Assembly: GCA_905178155.1 (NCBI GenBank)
Contig: CAJINV010000008.1
Span: forward strand, 3,269,498 to 3,333,497
Length of the DNA stretch: 64,000 nucleotides
Source of the DNA: Amoebophrya sp. A120
Taxonomy: Eukaryota > Protista > Dinoflagellata
Direction of reading: 5' to 3'
Of this stretch, positions 37,731-50,260 are shown in pieces. The stretch's first letter is position 1, and every line of letters starts with the position of its first letter. The notes beneath the pieces are model-generated. The model ran no database searches. It was given only the letters and a program-made list of their open reading frames with translations, and had not been told where the DNA came from. Made by a program: the position numbers and the translations under genes.

Positions 37731-40700
37731 GACCCTCCACGATGAGCAACAGCAAGCACGGCGCACGACCTGTCTCCCTCTAGGCCATTCTGACAGCACG
37801 GCGCACGCATGTCTTTGCAGGGCATTGTGCTGCATAACGCAAACGCGCAACGGCGTCGGCGGCGCGCCGTCTTGCATATTAGTTCACACAGGCCGCCCAG
37901 GCAGGCAGGTTAGGCTTGAACACACGATAGCGGGGCCTTCAGATGGCGCTAGAAGAAGAAACGCGAACCGCAGGCAAGCGATTTCACACAAGATAAGGAC
38001 GCCAACGGTGCGCCATTGTGTTCAACAGACGGGGCCCCTTCCTTCAACCAGAATTATGGGCTGGGAAGGTCTGCCGCTGCAATTTCGAAGCGTTGCGTTT
38101 CCTTGTGTGTCACCCGCTGAATGCTTACACTACATTCGCAACCACGCGCAAAGATGTACTGCTTCAAATGTTCCGCAGCGTTTCCCTTATTGGGGAGAGG
38201 AAAATGCCCAAAGCCAGAGAAACAAAGGCTCGCGGTGGCCACCCGAGACCACGCTTCGGCATGGTTACCGTAGCAAAGGGCACGCGCATTCTCCGTGCCT
38301 ACCTTGACAAAGAAACGCAAGGCCCTGGCGGTCCTCCTGCAGAATTTGAATTTCGGACGGGCCTTGCGCTAAAAAAACAAATCGAAGGGCCGACTAAGTT
38401 TCGAAGGCTCGGGGCCAGCTAAGCTTCAAAAGCTTGCGGCGACATTGGGGCCACACAATTCCTGCCCAACCTCTAGGGCAAAAAATAGGCGTTTGGCAGC
38501 CGCCCTTTCCGGGGGGGGTCTGAGAGGCGCCGCGGCTCCTTCGAGGCGGCTCCTCCGAAAATCGTTCACGGAATACGCCTTTTCCTTCAAACCCGGCCAG
38601 CACAAACAGGGCTCGCACCCCGGCCGCCTGGCGCGAAACGACTGACCGGCCAAAAGCAGAAAAACCGCTGTGGTCAACATGCGTGAGTCGCAGGCCTGGC
38701 TGTGCCGCCAGGGCGTGGCCCGCTGGCGCCAAAAATAACAGGCGACCCTGCCGAGCAGCTGTTCAAATGCCCTTAGTGCGGTGGGCTATCTCTGTATGTG
38801 GAGTAAGACTGCCTGCGGTAGGTGGCTCAGGGCTTTTTTCAACGAAGCAGCGAAGGGCTTGCCGAGCGGCCACTCCCACCCAGTACCCACTTCAGGTCGT
38901 TGTGGGAAACATCGAAGACGCCTGGAGACTGGTAACCAAGCCGCTGCGTGATCAGAAGGCGAACAGGGGGGCGGGTGCTAAGCCGCCAGGCAAGCGAGCA
39001 AGCTCCCAAAGGCGCTGCCGTTGGCTAAGCGGCGCCCGCGGTGTAAGGCCGTCAAAGAGAATCGGGGGCTGACTAAACGAATCAGAGGCGCCCGCGTGGG
39101 ACCAGAGAGTCTACCTGGCTAGGCGAGCGGCGGCCCGCAAAGGCGCTTCCTGCCAAGTACCTTGACCGTCCGCGGCAACAGCGGCCGGCGAGCGCTATCT
39201 TCCTCCCGCCCACCCTTGCAGAAGGGCTGCCACAGCTGCCGCGGGCCGCCCCAGACATGCGCAACGCGATTAATCGCTGGCCCGCGAAGCCCGGCAGGCA
39301 AACGCATGCTAGCGTAAACCCGAAGCCGCAGACCCGCGCTAGCCGTCCTCGCAGCCGCCGGCTGGCGTCGGGCCGCAGGCACGCCACCATCGCGAGGACT
39401 GCACGCAAATCATATCTCTATGACCATCCGGCAACCAACACACAGGAGGTGGTTCCAAGGGTGGTGGCGGCCGGTACCTTGCTAAGCCCAGAACAGCGAA
39501 CAAAGCGTGACGCCAACACCTGGAAAAGCAGAATCCGGCCCGGATTGGCTGAGTGTATTGTCTCGCTGCGGGGGCTCGCGCGGCAGGACTGTGTAGTATT
39601 CAGGAGACTCGGGCACGACTTCCAACCCCTGAATGAATAGATGCGCGGCTGCCTAGCTGCTTCTGGATTGGGCAGACGTGTCTGACGTAGGCACAGACGT
39701 GTCTCGGATTACGTCACGAATGGACGCTCTGTATACACATACTCTCCGTTTCTCTGTATGTACGAAGTCATTTGCGTTTGTCTGTGGTCACAAAGGGTCC
39801 CCGACTGTTCCCCACGATAGTCGTAGCACACAACAACTATAAACAACAGACTCGAAAGATGCAGAGTCGACCTTCCGGCACCATATCTGCCTTCTGCGAC
39901 GTTCGACATTTTCAGCGGTCTTCCAATCGTCTGCGTTTCGCCAGTTGGTGCCGTAGTTGTGTACCATGTACTTCATGAAAAAATCCGTCAACACCGCGTG
40001 GACGACCCATCGGTGTTCAACTAAGTCCTCGCCCGCGGCGGGCTGTTTAGGATTTTTGAATAAATGTAGTTGGATATGCGAGCAGACCATTCACATTCTA
40101 TAGATGGTAATCCCGGATATAGGCCTCATCCCGGAGTTTGCCCGGCGGACCCGGCTCTTGCAATCTATGTAAGAAAGTTAGAAGTTGTAGCAAGCATAGT
40201 GACGAGGCGCCTTGCTGTTGCTGTCGGGCGGTGGCCCCACCTCTTTGGCATTGCATTACCTGGGGATCCCAGAGTCTGAACTTGGGACAGTTGGCCCGAC
40301 AAATTGTCGAAACGCGAAGCGGCCGCCATTATCAAGATGAAAAATTGCCCCACCCCATATCCAAGTGGAAATCTATTTGTGGGCGTGGGCGCAAATGGTA
40401 ACACTCAGAGGAAGTGGAGCACATCAGTGATGCGCGATCTGTCGACACAAATCAGCATTGTGCTGCAGTGACTGCAGGCAGCCGGTGAGCCTCCCTGCGT
40501 AGGGACGTTTCGCTTTTGGCGTACTGGAAGGCACTTAGCATAGCAGACGTCTGCTCTGCAAAGGCGACGGAAGCAGAAGGCACTCGCACAATGCGGTGCA
40601 CTCTCTGAATTTACCCTTCTCGTGATTGCTCTTGGTGGCCACAAACCAGCATCAGAAGTTTTCAGAAGTCTGCCTTTTCGGTATGGAGGGGGTCGTTTTG

Positions 40701-41969
40701 TACTATACTTATCCTTGCATCCTTCGCTACTGCGCAGGGGCGTGAGGTCCTTTACCTTCGTGGAAAGGTAGCGACCTCGCCGCCTTAGTCGGCAGGCTCG
40801 CAGACTAAGCAGGCCTCACCAGTTTCCTAGGGAGCTCCACCCCCGCCGAGCATCCCCCAGCAGGACGGGGATTATCTTCGGCATGCAGCGAGCTGGAGCA
40901 GCAAAGGCCCGGAAAAAATCTGTCGTCTTGCTACTCAGGTTGGCCCGGGAAAGGCAAAACAGCTTAAGCGAAAGCACGATAGTACGCGCCCCGAACGTTT
41001 GCGCGGTTCGCTTGTTAAGTGTAAGTCCAAGACCCAGACCACCAGAACCAGGCTCCGAAAAAATATAAAAAAAAAAACCATAGGCCTCCGCTCCGCGGCC
41101 TCCTTCGCCTCCCGCTGCACCCGTTGATCTTCGTCCACTCGTCCAGTCAGGTGTTTCGTCCTTTCGTCGAACTCTTTCTTCCACGCTTCGAGCGCTTGCA
41201 CATGCAGCCAGAGTGATTGGAGGATATGCTGCGCACAAACAAAAAGCCACCACAGACCGGGAAAATGAAAAAAAATGCCAAGGTATATATAATTCCAATC
41301 TTCTTTGGATGTGATTGAGGCAACGAGGTTGAAAAAAAAGGCAATTTCGTATCTATATACTGAGAGGTAAGGAAGACATGCCTTTACACCTGAGAACCTC
41401 GGTAGTACCGAGCTTGCAGCGAGTGAGTAAGAACCAATCCACGCGGCGTGCGCCGCGTGGGAAAAAATAAAGCAACTCTTCAGCGTAGGCCCCATTTTAA
41501 TGCCAGTCTGTCTGAAAAATTTTCGCGCTCGACTTTGTCGGCTCTAATAAAGTGGCCGCGTTTGGCTTCTCTCGAAGTGGCCAAATTCGGGGGGAAACAA
41601 AGACGGCCAGCTTTTGGCTTCGTCTCTGGGGCCCAGACTAACAAACAAGTAACGAGGTCGCTTCTCGCTTTACAATAGTGGCCAGCTTTGGCGGCTTCTA
41701 TTTTGGAGGCCCGGCCGGATCAGGAAGAAACCAGGAAAGAGCTCGCCCGTTGTCCGCTACCTAGCCAGGCCTCGCTTTTTGCTTTTACAAAAGCGGGCAG
41801 CCTTGGTTTCTTGTCAAAGTGCCAGGCGCTTCTTGAGCGACGGCAATCGCGACAGCAGTGCGCGAAGCATCTAAACGCGAACGAGGCCCAGTCGCGCTCT
41901 TTCCACGCGGCGCGTTAGAGTTAGTCGAAGAAAACATTTTTTGGGTTCGCAAGCTTGCGGAAAGCTGCA

Positions 41970-42444
41970 GAAAACCTTCAGAAGGTTTTTGGACCTTTAG
42001 AAGAGCTGCAACCTTCTGAAGGCCTTCAGGAAGGTTCTTTGACCTTCTGAAGGTCAAAAAAAATTCGCGACTTTTTGCAATTTTTTTTGTAAAAAACGCC
42101 ACTTTTTTCGTTTGGCCTTCAGAAGGTTGCAAAAATTGCACCTTCAGAAGGTTAAAAACCTTCAGGAAGGTCAAAAATGAACAGCTGGCAAACCTTCAGA
42201 AGCTTTTGTGCATCAAAATTCTTCTGAAGGTTTCAAAAACCTTCCTGAAGGTCAAAATTCCACAAAAGCTTCTGAAGGTCTGAAAAAAAAAAAAAAATTT
42301 CTCGAAACAGGACCTGAATCCGTTCCGATTTTGTGTCTTTTTCAAAACAGCCATTTTTGAACCTTCAGAAGATTTTTGTTTTCTTCTGAAGGTTCTTCTG
42401 AAGAATTTTCTTCTGAAGGTTGCGGTGATTTTTTCCCTTACAGT
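41970..42444. repeat. Array of palindromic CCTTC(A/T)GAAGG-type motifs, probably a DNA-transposon subterminal region
   Basis: Roughly 15-20 exact or degenerate copies (ACCTTCAGAAGGT, ACCTTCTGAAGG, CCTTCAGGAAGG) separated by A/T tracts, ending abruptly at …TTTTCCCTTACAGT. Confidence 0.8.
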
Positions 42445-45400
42445 CCTTCTATTAGTAAGATGGATTGATGTCTGTAAGTCTCAAATTTAAGCATAGGACT
42501 TGCGGAGAACGGTGCACCTGCTACTTACACCACAGTACCAAAACCCTCACTTCTGCACAAGTTAACGAGCTCCGCAGTTCTGAAACTGCTCTGCAAATTG
42601 CACAATGATCTATGTTGACAAGTAGGAGGAGCCTGAGGCAGTCTTTAGTCCAAAAATCCACGGGAAGTATAGAGCACGTTGTTGTTGGGAAAACGAAAAA
42701 CCTGAGATCGGTGGCGCTGCACTACATATATAAACCAACAAGCTGTTTTTTCAAGCGACATAACCAGTATGCTGTGTACGCCATCATGTAGTGAGAAAAT
42801 ACTGAATCATTTTGGGAAAAGCCCATGTCATCGTGGGAAGGCCTATGTCACGCGAGATAAAAAGCAGCGTCCAGCCACTGGCCCGGCCACGCCGCCTGCT
42901 GGTCGCCATCTTATAATAATGGAAAGCGCCACCACCCAATACTCCCCAAAGTGCCGTTGTCCGCTCGGATCCGCGCGCACGACAAATGCTGGCTCTGCTA
43001 ATATATGTAATGAGGTAGAGCAGAAAGAGAGGAGGTATGTCTTTTGTTGAGTCGAATGATTCGAAAAGTCTGGCCCAGCATACTTCAGATCGTGCCTCCC
43101 CCCACAAATCTTTCCACGACAAGCACACAGATGACCATATGCTTATCATGCGTTTGCGTACTACAATCGAAGACTTACAAACTACTCAAACAACTACATT
43201 TAGATCGCCGTAGTTTCACAAATTCGCAAAGCGTATGGAGTTGGGTGAGTGGCATGCGTTTGGATACCTGATGAGCAAGTTGTATGTTGGAGTCGTTGGC
43301 AATTTTTTCCAAAAGCGTTTGGCGTCGAGCACTCGTGTGCGGTCATGGACTACTCTAGTAGTTGTAGAGGCGGAAACAAAAAAAGAATCAAGCTTCCATC
43401 GCACTGGGCTTGAGAGCTCCGAAACAAAGAGCCAGATATGCATCATGCTGCTAGCTTGATGGAATAATGCATTGCGGTCTCCGGACCCATTGTCCGAAGA
43501 CCTAAGAACGGCTAGGACCCAGCAGCACGTAAAAAAATTGGCCGCTTTTCAACTTTGCTCTTATTTCGGCGCTGCACATTATCAAGTGCACGACCCCCCG
43601 ACACAGAAAAACCAAAAAAGACGGCTTTTGTTGGCCGCTCGTATGTTGCAACTTCTATTAGTTGCTCTTGAATATTACGTACCACCGCTCGCATTGTGAG
43701 GTTGAACAAGAGGGAAGGGCGCTCCCGTGCAGATGGAGCGAAACCCGAGGTCGTGCACTTGGGCGGCGCGCGAATGTGAACGCTGGCGGGATCATGTTGG
43801 TGATGACCGGGTCCGGGAACGCACTTTGACTTTTCTCGAAGGAAGGAGGATGGATGAAACCAAACGGTAAACCGCCGGAGGATTGGGACGAGCAAAGAGA
43901 AGATCACTACCGGAAAGAACAAGAAGTCGATTTTTCATGCCCAAATTGTGGCCAGAAAGACAAGTCAACCGTGCACACATGGCGGGCGGCATTTGTGCGG
44001 CGCACTTTCTTGCAGGCAGTCAATAACGCTGTCTGGAGGTGTACAGCACCTGTACTACAAGTTTCAGTATGTAGGCCTAGCACTGTGCAACCTGCCTCAG
44101 GGTGATATAAGTATCTCCGCTTTGAGCTTTTTACTTGCTGAGACGCTTCACGTTTGTGGTAACCTCAAGATCTGGCAGCACAACTATGCGCAACTCTCGC
44201 TTTTGTTTTCTCCAAAGTATGTGGACATGAAGTCTGGACGCAGACATCCTGTAAGCATTCTCCAAAACGAATTTAAGGTTACCGTGGCCTGGAATGTTTG
44301 CTTGTTACGAAGGATATTCTGTGGAAAGTCGCAGCATGCCATACTTGTGATTGGCACGGTACACAAGCATTTGCGTGCGCGCGTCCCGTCGTGCAAGGGC
44401 GTGCTACGGATTACAAGTATTGGCAGATTTCTACAAGTCGGGACAGCTGCCGCGTCTTCTTCTTCGTTGTCTGCATCAAGTATTTTCCAGCTCCTCACAC
44501 CCTTCTATCTATTTCATGTCTTTGCACTTCTGTGCCTGTTAGTTTGACATTGAGAATGAGAATTTGAATTACAAATAAGAAGATGCTGTATAAATATGGC
44601 AAGCTGCCACCATTTTTCCGTGTCATAACCCGTGCCAGTACTCACCCCGAACGTCATCTGCGTGCTGGTATGAATATCCCTGTGTAAAACAGAATGCTCC
44701 CATCTCATCTCACGCAAGCTTGCTTATTTTTTCAATACCGAACTGTCTGCAATACGCATGCAAGGTCTTCCACGTCTTTTCCGAAGATGTATGATGTTTA
44801 TTTGCGCTGACACCATACTTGTTTCTTAATTGCTTCGATTTGCCGTGCTAATCGAGAAGAATTTATTCGCGATGTGGCCGCACCAGCTAAACAATCACGA
44901 CGCGGCCATTGGTTGCTGATGAACACGCGTCGTACCAAACGGAAACCAAACATTCTTCGCAGAGCTCTCGGGACCAACATCTTGAAGACGATGGGCTGCG
45001 AGCGCCGTTTTACACAAGATAGCCAGTTTGCTCTTTTTCCAACTGGACTTTGTCGAGTTTTTCCTTCACCAGTTTCCCCACGATATCAGGAGGAGCAACC
45101 CAATCGTCCCGCAGACAGATAAGTACTACTTCAAATAGATTTATTTTGCCACGTTCTTTTGTGTCAATCTGCAAAGTACTTTTTATTCCACCATTTAAAA
45201 ATGCACTCTGCGTGGGTGGGACGCTCGTGCGGGAGCCAAGGCCGCCATCGCGTCGCAGATTGCGCGCAGTAGTGTACAAGGCACAGCTGTCGCTGCCCAC
45301 GACTAAATTCTATCTTTTTATGTTGCATCAAGACAAAGCTAGCTGTGGCATACAAATCTTCATGAACAAAGAACACATATGTCTCGTCCCTTTGTGCACA

Positions 45401-46969
45401 TATGTCTCGTCCCTTTGTGTATCAATTAACGGGACGGTGGGTAGTGGTTCGACATGATACACAGCCCCCACCCAGAAACCCGCCGAGGAGGCGAGCAAGA
45501 CGGTACGCGCCATTTCCTATGCATTGCAAATCTGTCTGGATCTGGAAAAGCCAATTTTTTCGCGATGCTCCTCGGTAGACGAGGTCAGGCGAAACTAGAA
45601 GCTGTGTTGGCTAAGCAGCTGCAAGAGCAGGACTGCAAGGTTTTCTTTCTCCCACAGAATGAAAGAGAAGCAATTCTAACGTGGTGCGAGACCCTGACTT
45701 TTAGAAAGTGGACCATCGCGGATGAACCTGTAGTGACAGCAGGGTCGGACCCATAGAGACCCTCGCGTCAACGTTGGCCGTAGCCAGCATAGTCATCATC
45801 ATCATGTTTGTGCGTGTCCTTGATGTTTCTTCATCGTCTCACTTAACTTATGGGTGGACGGGCACCCAGTACAAACAACTGGTTGTATGTATACACCTCG
45901 CTGCGAGCATCACAAATACTTAAATTCAGACATACTCCAGACACCCAAGGACGTCATTGCAATGGATATCAATTGCATGTTCAGGTGTTTTCGATCGCCC
46001 GGCCTTCCAGTTCTACCAAAATTCCGTCAATCTCGCAGCGAAATTTCGCTCGCTCCGCTCTTCTTTTAGTCGTTTACTGCAAAAGAAAAGCGCAGTCACC
46101 GTTTGCGCTTGGAGAAGTTCCAACCTTTTCTTTCCAACGCGTCGCCGTCGTCCCTAAGTAGTTCGTGTACTGGCCTGAGTGCCCTATCCTGTGGAAAAAC
46201 GTTCTAGCACACATAGATTTGTCATGCAGACCTTCCACATCAATGTCTAAAAAGTAGATCCAAAAGTCCTTGACGCGATAAGAGGCGTCCTGTATCTGTG
46301 TTCCGAGCGAATTTGTCATGCTCCACTAAGGTTTTTTGCTCGACGTTATGCGGCTCTCTGTATGCAGCTCTCTGTATGCAGCTGCGCGCGACTACATCCT
46401 ACGTCCACACTTGTGGTGCCCAAGTTCCAGAACTTCATCTACATATTTCTTGCGCACCAAAGTGCGTAATTTAATATTGCCATCTTGACAACGGGTTGCG
46501 TAGTACTTTTTTACACAGGATAACCAATCCTCGTCAAGGCTCAGAAGGTCGTGTGTTCGTTACTTTCCTTGTCCTTCCTTTGGAAAAATTCTGCTCGCCG
46601 CTCTTCACTCCTGTGAGTGTACTTTACAAACTTTTCGATTCGTTCTTGCACTTTTAAATTGTTGTTCTTCACTTGCGTAAACTTACGTACTGTAAAAACT
46701 GCTTGCTTTCAATTGGTGTTTCGTGTTCCACTTGATTGTACGCGTAGTACTAGTAGTTCTTGTTGTTGTAGCTGAGTAAACTCGGGTGAATTTTTTTGAG
46801 GTTCGCCTTCAAGAAGGGGAACTGCCGTGGGTTTTTTTTTACGGAAATCTATTTGAGTATTTTTGAAATTATCGAATTGGAGCTGGGAGAACGGCTCAAG
46901 CACTGCGACGGAAACATACTTGAAACGTCTCTATCCGTACGAGCACGCCAACGCACAGAGGGGAAAGAT

Positions 46970-47210
46970 GAGCAGCCGACTGATAAAGCGCACCACGAGA
47001 ACGATGTCCAGGTACTTAGCTGACCGACGAAGCGCACGAAGCAAGACGAGAGCTGAGCAGCTGACCGATAAAGCGTACGAGAACGAGGCGTAGGTAGCTG
47101 ACCGATACAGCGTCCGAGAACGGGGACTACATTGGCTGACAGATACAGTCGTGTACTATGAGAGCGAGACCTAGATAGAAAAACGTAGCTATCAGCCGAT
47201 AGAGTGTAGT
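46970..47210. repeat. Degenerate tandem repeat, core AGCTGACCGATA(A/C)AGCG…CGAGAACG
   Basis: About 5 copies at ~37-50 bp spacing. Confidence 0.6.
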
Positions 47211-47926
47211 GCGAGGACACGAAGTGTTTTTAGGAGCTCGAGGGCTACGGTGACCGATAGCAAAGCAGAAAGATATGCAAGACAAGAAGGATACTTCTCA
47301 TTCGGAGCTCCTATAAGCATGTGAGCCAGTACGTAAAATGGCAAGGAGTACACCCCACTTTTTGTATGTGCTTCAGTCTGCAGGAGGCATTACTTTTTTA
47401 TCCGCCCACCGGAACCGTCTTTCGTGGACGATTCGGGCAGGCGCAATGTCGCCACAGAGAAGCATGATCATATTCAAAATTTACTTCAGGCAAATACAAT
47501 TTACTTCAGGGAAAGACGCAATGTTGGCATGCCGATATTTCATTGTGCGGAGTCTCACATTTCTCGTGCACATATTTTCATTGTTCATATTTCTCGTGCA
47601 CGACCGCCAGAGATGTACACAATCTTGAATCGTTCTCGAGAAAAGACGAAGAAAACGGGAAAGAAAAAATCAATCAGGACAACAAAACGACCACAACATG
47701 GACATATACAATAACGATTTAGGATCAAGGTGACGGAAGTGGTTGTGCTTGTGGGGGTCGTGCTCGTTGCAACCAGGTACTAGCACGTACTCACTTACTA
47801 GGAGTCTTTGTCTTCTGCGCCTAAAAAGGTCCTTGGAAGGTCGTTGTTCCTGAAGCACGTACTAACTTACTCACGAGCGGTACTTACTTACTCTGCGCTG
47901 GTGGCGCAATAGCAGTACGATGTCGG

Positions 47927-48400
47927 TCATTGGGGAGGCGTCGAGCCTGGCAGTTCTGGGGGAGGCTCGCCTTCCCCGTGCGCCCCGGGGGAAGGCGCCC
48001 AGTACCAATCCTGTCCTTTCTCGTGCTTGGGGGGCAACGGCGGTTTCACGAAAGTCAAGTGAATCTGCGGCCTGCCTGGGATCTGAAATTTAAGCGCCGG
48101 AGGCGCTGGTAGCACCACCGGACCTCCAAGGGACTCCGGACCGGGACTCTTTTTTGCTGTTCCCAAACCTCCCACAGCCGCAGCAAGTTTACCAAACGAT
48201 GGTACTAGAGGCTTGAGTTTCATCTCCTCTTTCTGCACCATCGAGGACGAAGAGGAACCAGTTGGCAAGCCTGCTGGGTCTTCGCCTTTCTCAGATACCT
48301 TGTCCATTTCCGCCGGAGCCTTTTCGGGGGCTTCATCCTGCCGCCGCCTGCTCCCGTCGAGCGTCTGCTCCAGAAACGTCTCCTTGTTTGCCGTATAGAC
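47927..48400 (-). pseudogene. Gene-like proline-rich fragment, probably decayed
   Basis: ORF 47927..48307 reads like protein but has an in-frame stop just upstream; GTAAGT-type donors lie nearby. Confidence 0.25.
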
Positions 48401-50260
48401 GTTCGCTCATGTGTTACAATCTCATCTGTGACATCAATGAACGCGGAAATGCTCTGCGATGCAGCTGGATCAACCAGCAATGGAAGACACGAACATGTTC
48501 CATTTCTCGCTCGACAGACTTGGACTGGATATGGATTGCAGTGCTGTTGCGTGAGTCCATAACATGTCATGCCGGCAGAGTGGAGACAGCGCAAATCCAA
48601 AAATTTTTTTACGACACATGATGATGATTATTGGAAACAGTTGAGATTGTAACACCTGAGCGGGCCATATGCCGCCACGGTCTCCTGTGGTCGCTCTTCG
48701 GTCCTCGGCATCGCCTCGGGGGTTCCTATTGTAAATGAATTTTACGTTGGCTACTTGATCTCTGTACAAACGAAATCGTTGCTGCACTTTCGTCTAATTA
48801 CTTACTTATGCGCCTTACTAAGTTGACATACTCAACGAGGAGGGAAGCCGCCGGACCCGACCGCCTCTCGGCACAGCACCAAATGAATGCAGACAGGCCG
48901 GCCCTTCTCCCATGCCTTGACACTCGTACTCATTTCTCCGAAGATGAAATCACGAGTGACGCATGCCGGTCAATATCAACCCTTTGCTCGCCTCTTATGG
49001 CCTGCGAGTAACTGTCTGACATATACAGCTAAAGAATCCTGAGAGCAAGTCCTTTGCGAAAACTCCTGAGAGCTTAGGCACTACAACAAGACCAAACACC
49101 ACCCGTTTTAGCGGTGAACGACCAAGTGTAGGGAGTCGCACAGTATGAGTGAGTCCGAAAACTCACTGCTGCTGCGCTTCAGATAAGCATCACACTACCT
49201 CCTCATCCGTGTGAGCAGATCAACCTCCAAAGAGCCGCCAGTGCTGAACAACCCGCCTCACGTGCTCAACCTGACGTCAAACCGGATCCAAGAACCACAG
49301 CGCTACCAGGGGTCTCGCTGACTCTCGAACCGCCGGAGCGGAAGGAGAGGTATACCGACGCCACCGGGGGCCACAGGAAAACACGGAGTTATGCCCTGCG
49401 CCGCCAGTTGCCACCGCCTAGGCTTGGAGCCTTGCCTTTTCTTTTCTTTTATATGAGTTTTCTCCTTTCCAGCCCGGCGGGTGCTGGAAGGTGGCGCGTT
49501 TTTCTTTCTTTTACTGTTTTGCGCTCTTGAGTTTTTTTTTTTTTATTCTTTGGTCCCAATCTTGGCACCTCAAAGAATCTTTTAGGAGGTTGCGCGATAA
49601 AAGGAAGAAAGTCACTGGGGGTTTTCATCTTTGCAAAAGATCCGCCGGCCTTGCCAGCCCTAGTCTGCCCATTGGCCAAACGGGAAAAAAAAAAAAAAAG
49701 AACAAGCCCCACTCTCCCCCCCCGATGGACTAGATTCTTGCTTTCCTCAGAGTGGTGAGGACAGAAAGAATACTTTATGGCAACTACGGAAGATCATCAG
49801 AAAGAAAAGTAAGAATCTCGCAAAAGAAAAAGACACCGATGGCATCTCTCAGGCAAGAGCAAGAGCTGGACTGCCTTTAATACCTGGCTTTCACCTAGGC
49901 ATTACAGACATTCTAGCGGAACATCAAGAGCTGGAGAGCTACATCTAGAGCTTCAATACAAAATCAAGAAAACGGCTCCTGGTGTTCATTTTGTTCCATT
50001 GCAAAAAATCCCGCTGCAGGTTGTATCGTTCATTTTCATCTTTAGGTGTGGGTTATAATCAATGCTCTTTTGTAAGTACAACATCATCTGCTGTGTGATC
50101 AAATAGATCAAGATCAAGAGTCAAAAAAACAAGCGGTGCAAGACAAAAGAATTTGCGGAACCGCAAACAGTGTGCAAAATGTCTGGGTTGTTTCTTCCGA
50201 CATGAGAGTTGAGTTTTCCGTGTTGTTCTTTTTCTTTTTTCGGAGCAGTGCCGGTCAATA

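Larger units (their letters stand above)
32850..39660 (-). mobile_element. Decayed GC-rich tyrosine-recombinase retrotransposon-like remnant (boundaries approximate)
   Basis: Sharp GC-rich block with frameshifted YR-like motifs (~37260-37730) and RT-like motifs (~35200-36030) on the minus strand. Terminal repeats not found. Confidence 0.5.

Noticed and set aside
32925-39640. Many overlapping 100-260 aa ORFs as genes
   Set aside because: They are Arg/Ala/Gly/Pro-rich in all frames, an artefact of high GC and few stop codons.
41970-42444. Palindromic repeats as a CRISPR array
   Set aside because: Units are only 11-13 bp, spacing is irregular, spacers are low-complexity, there are no cas genes and the context is eukaryotic.
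45373-45420. Short tandem duplications (also ~26466-26507 and ~46354-46382)
   Set aside because: Ordinary two-copy slippage with no further structure.
46970-47210. Repeat-spacer pattern as CRISPR
   Set aside because: Repeats are degenerate and the intervening sequences resemble each other.
32844-49734. Helitron interpretation of the TC…CTAG ends
   Set aside because: CTAG is not followed by T, there is no clean 3' hairpin, and no Rep or helicase motifs were seen.
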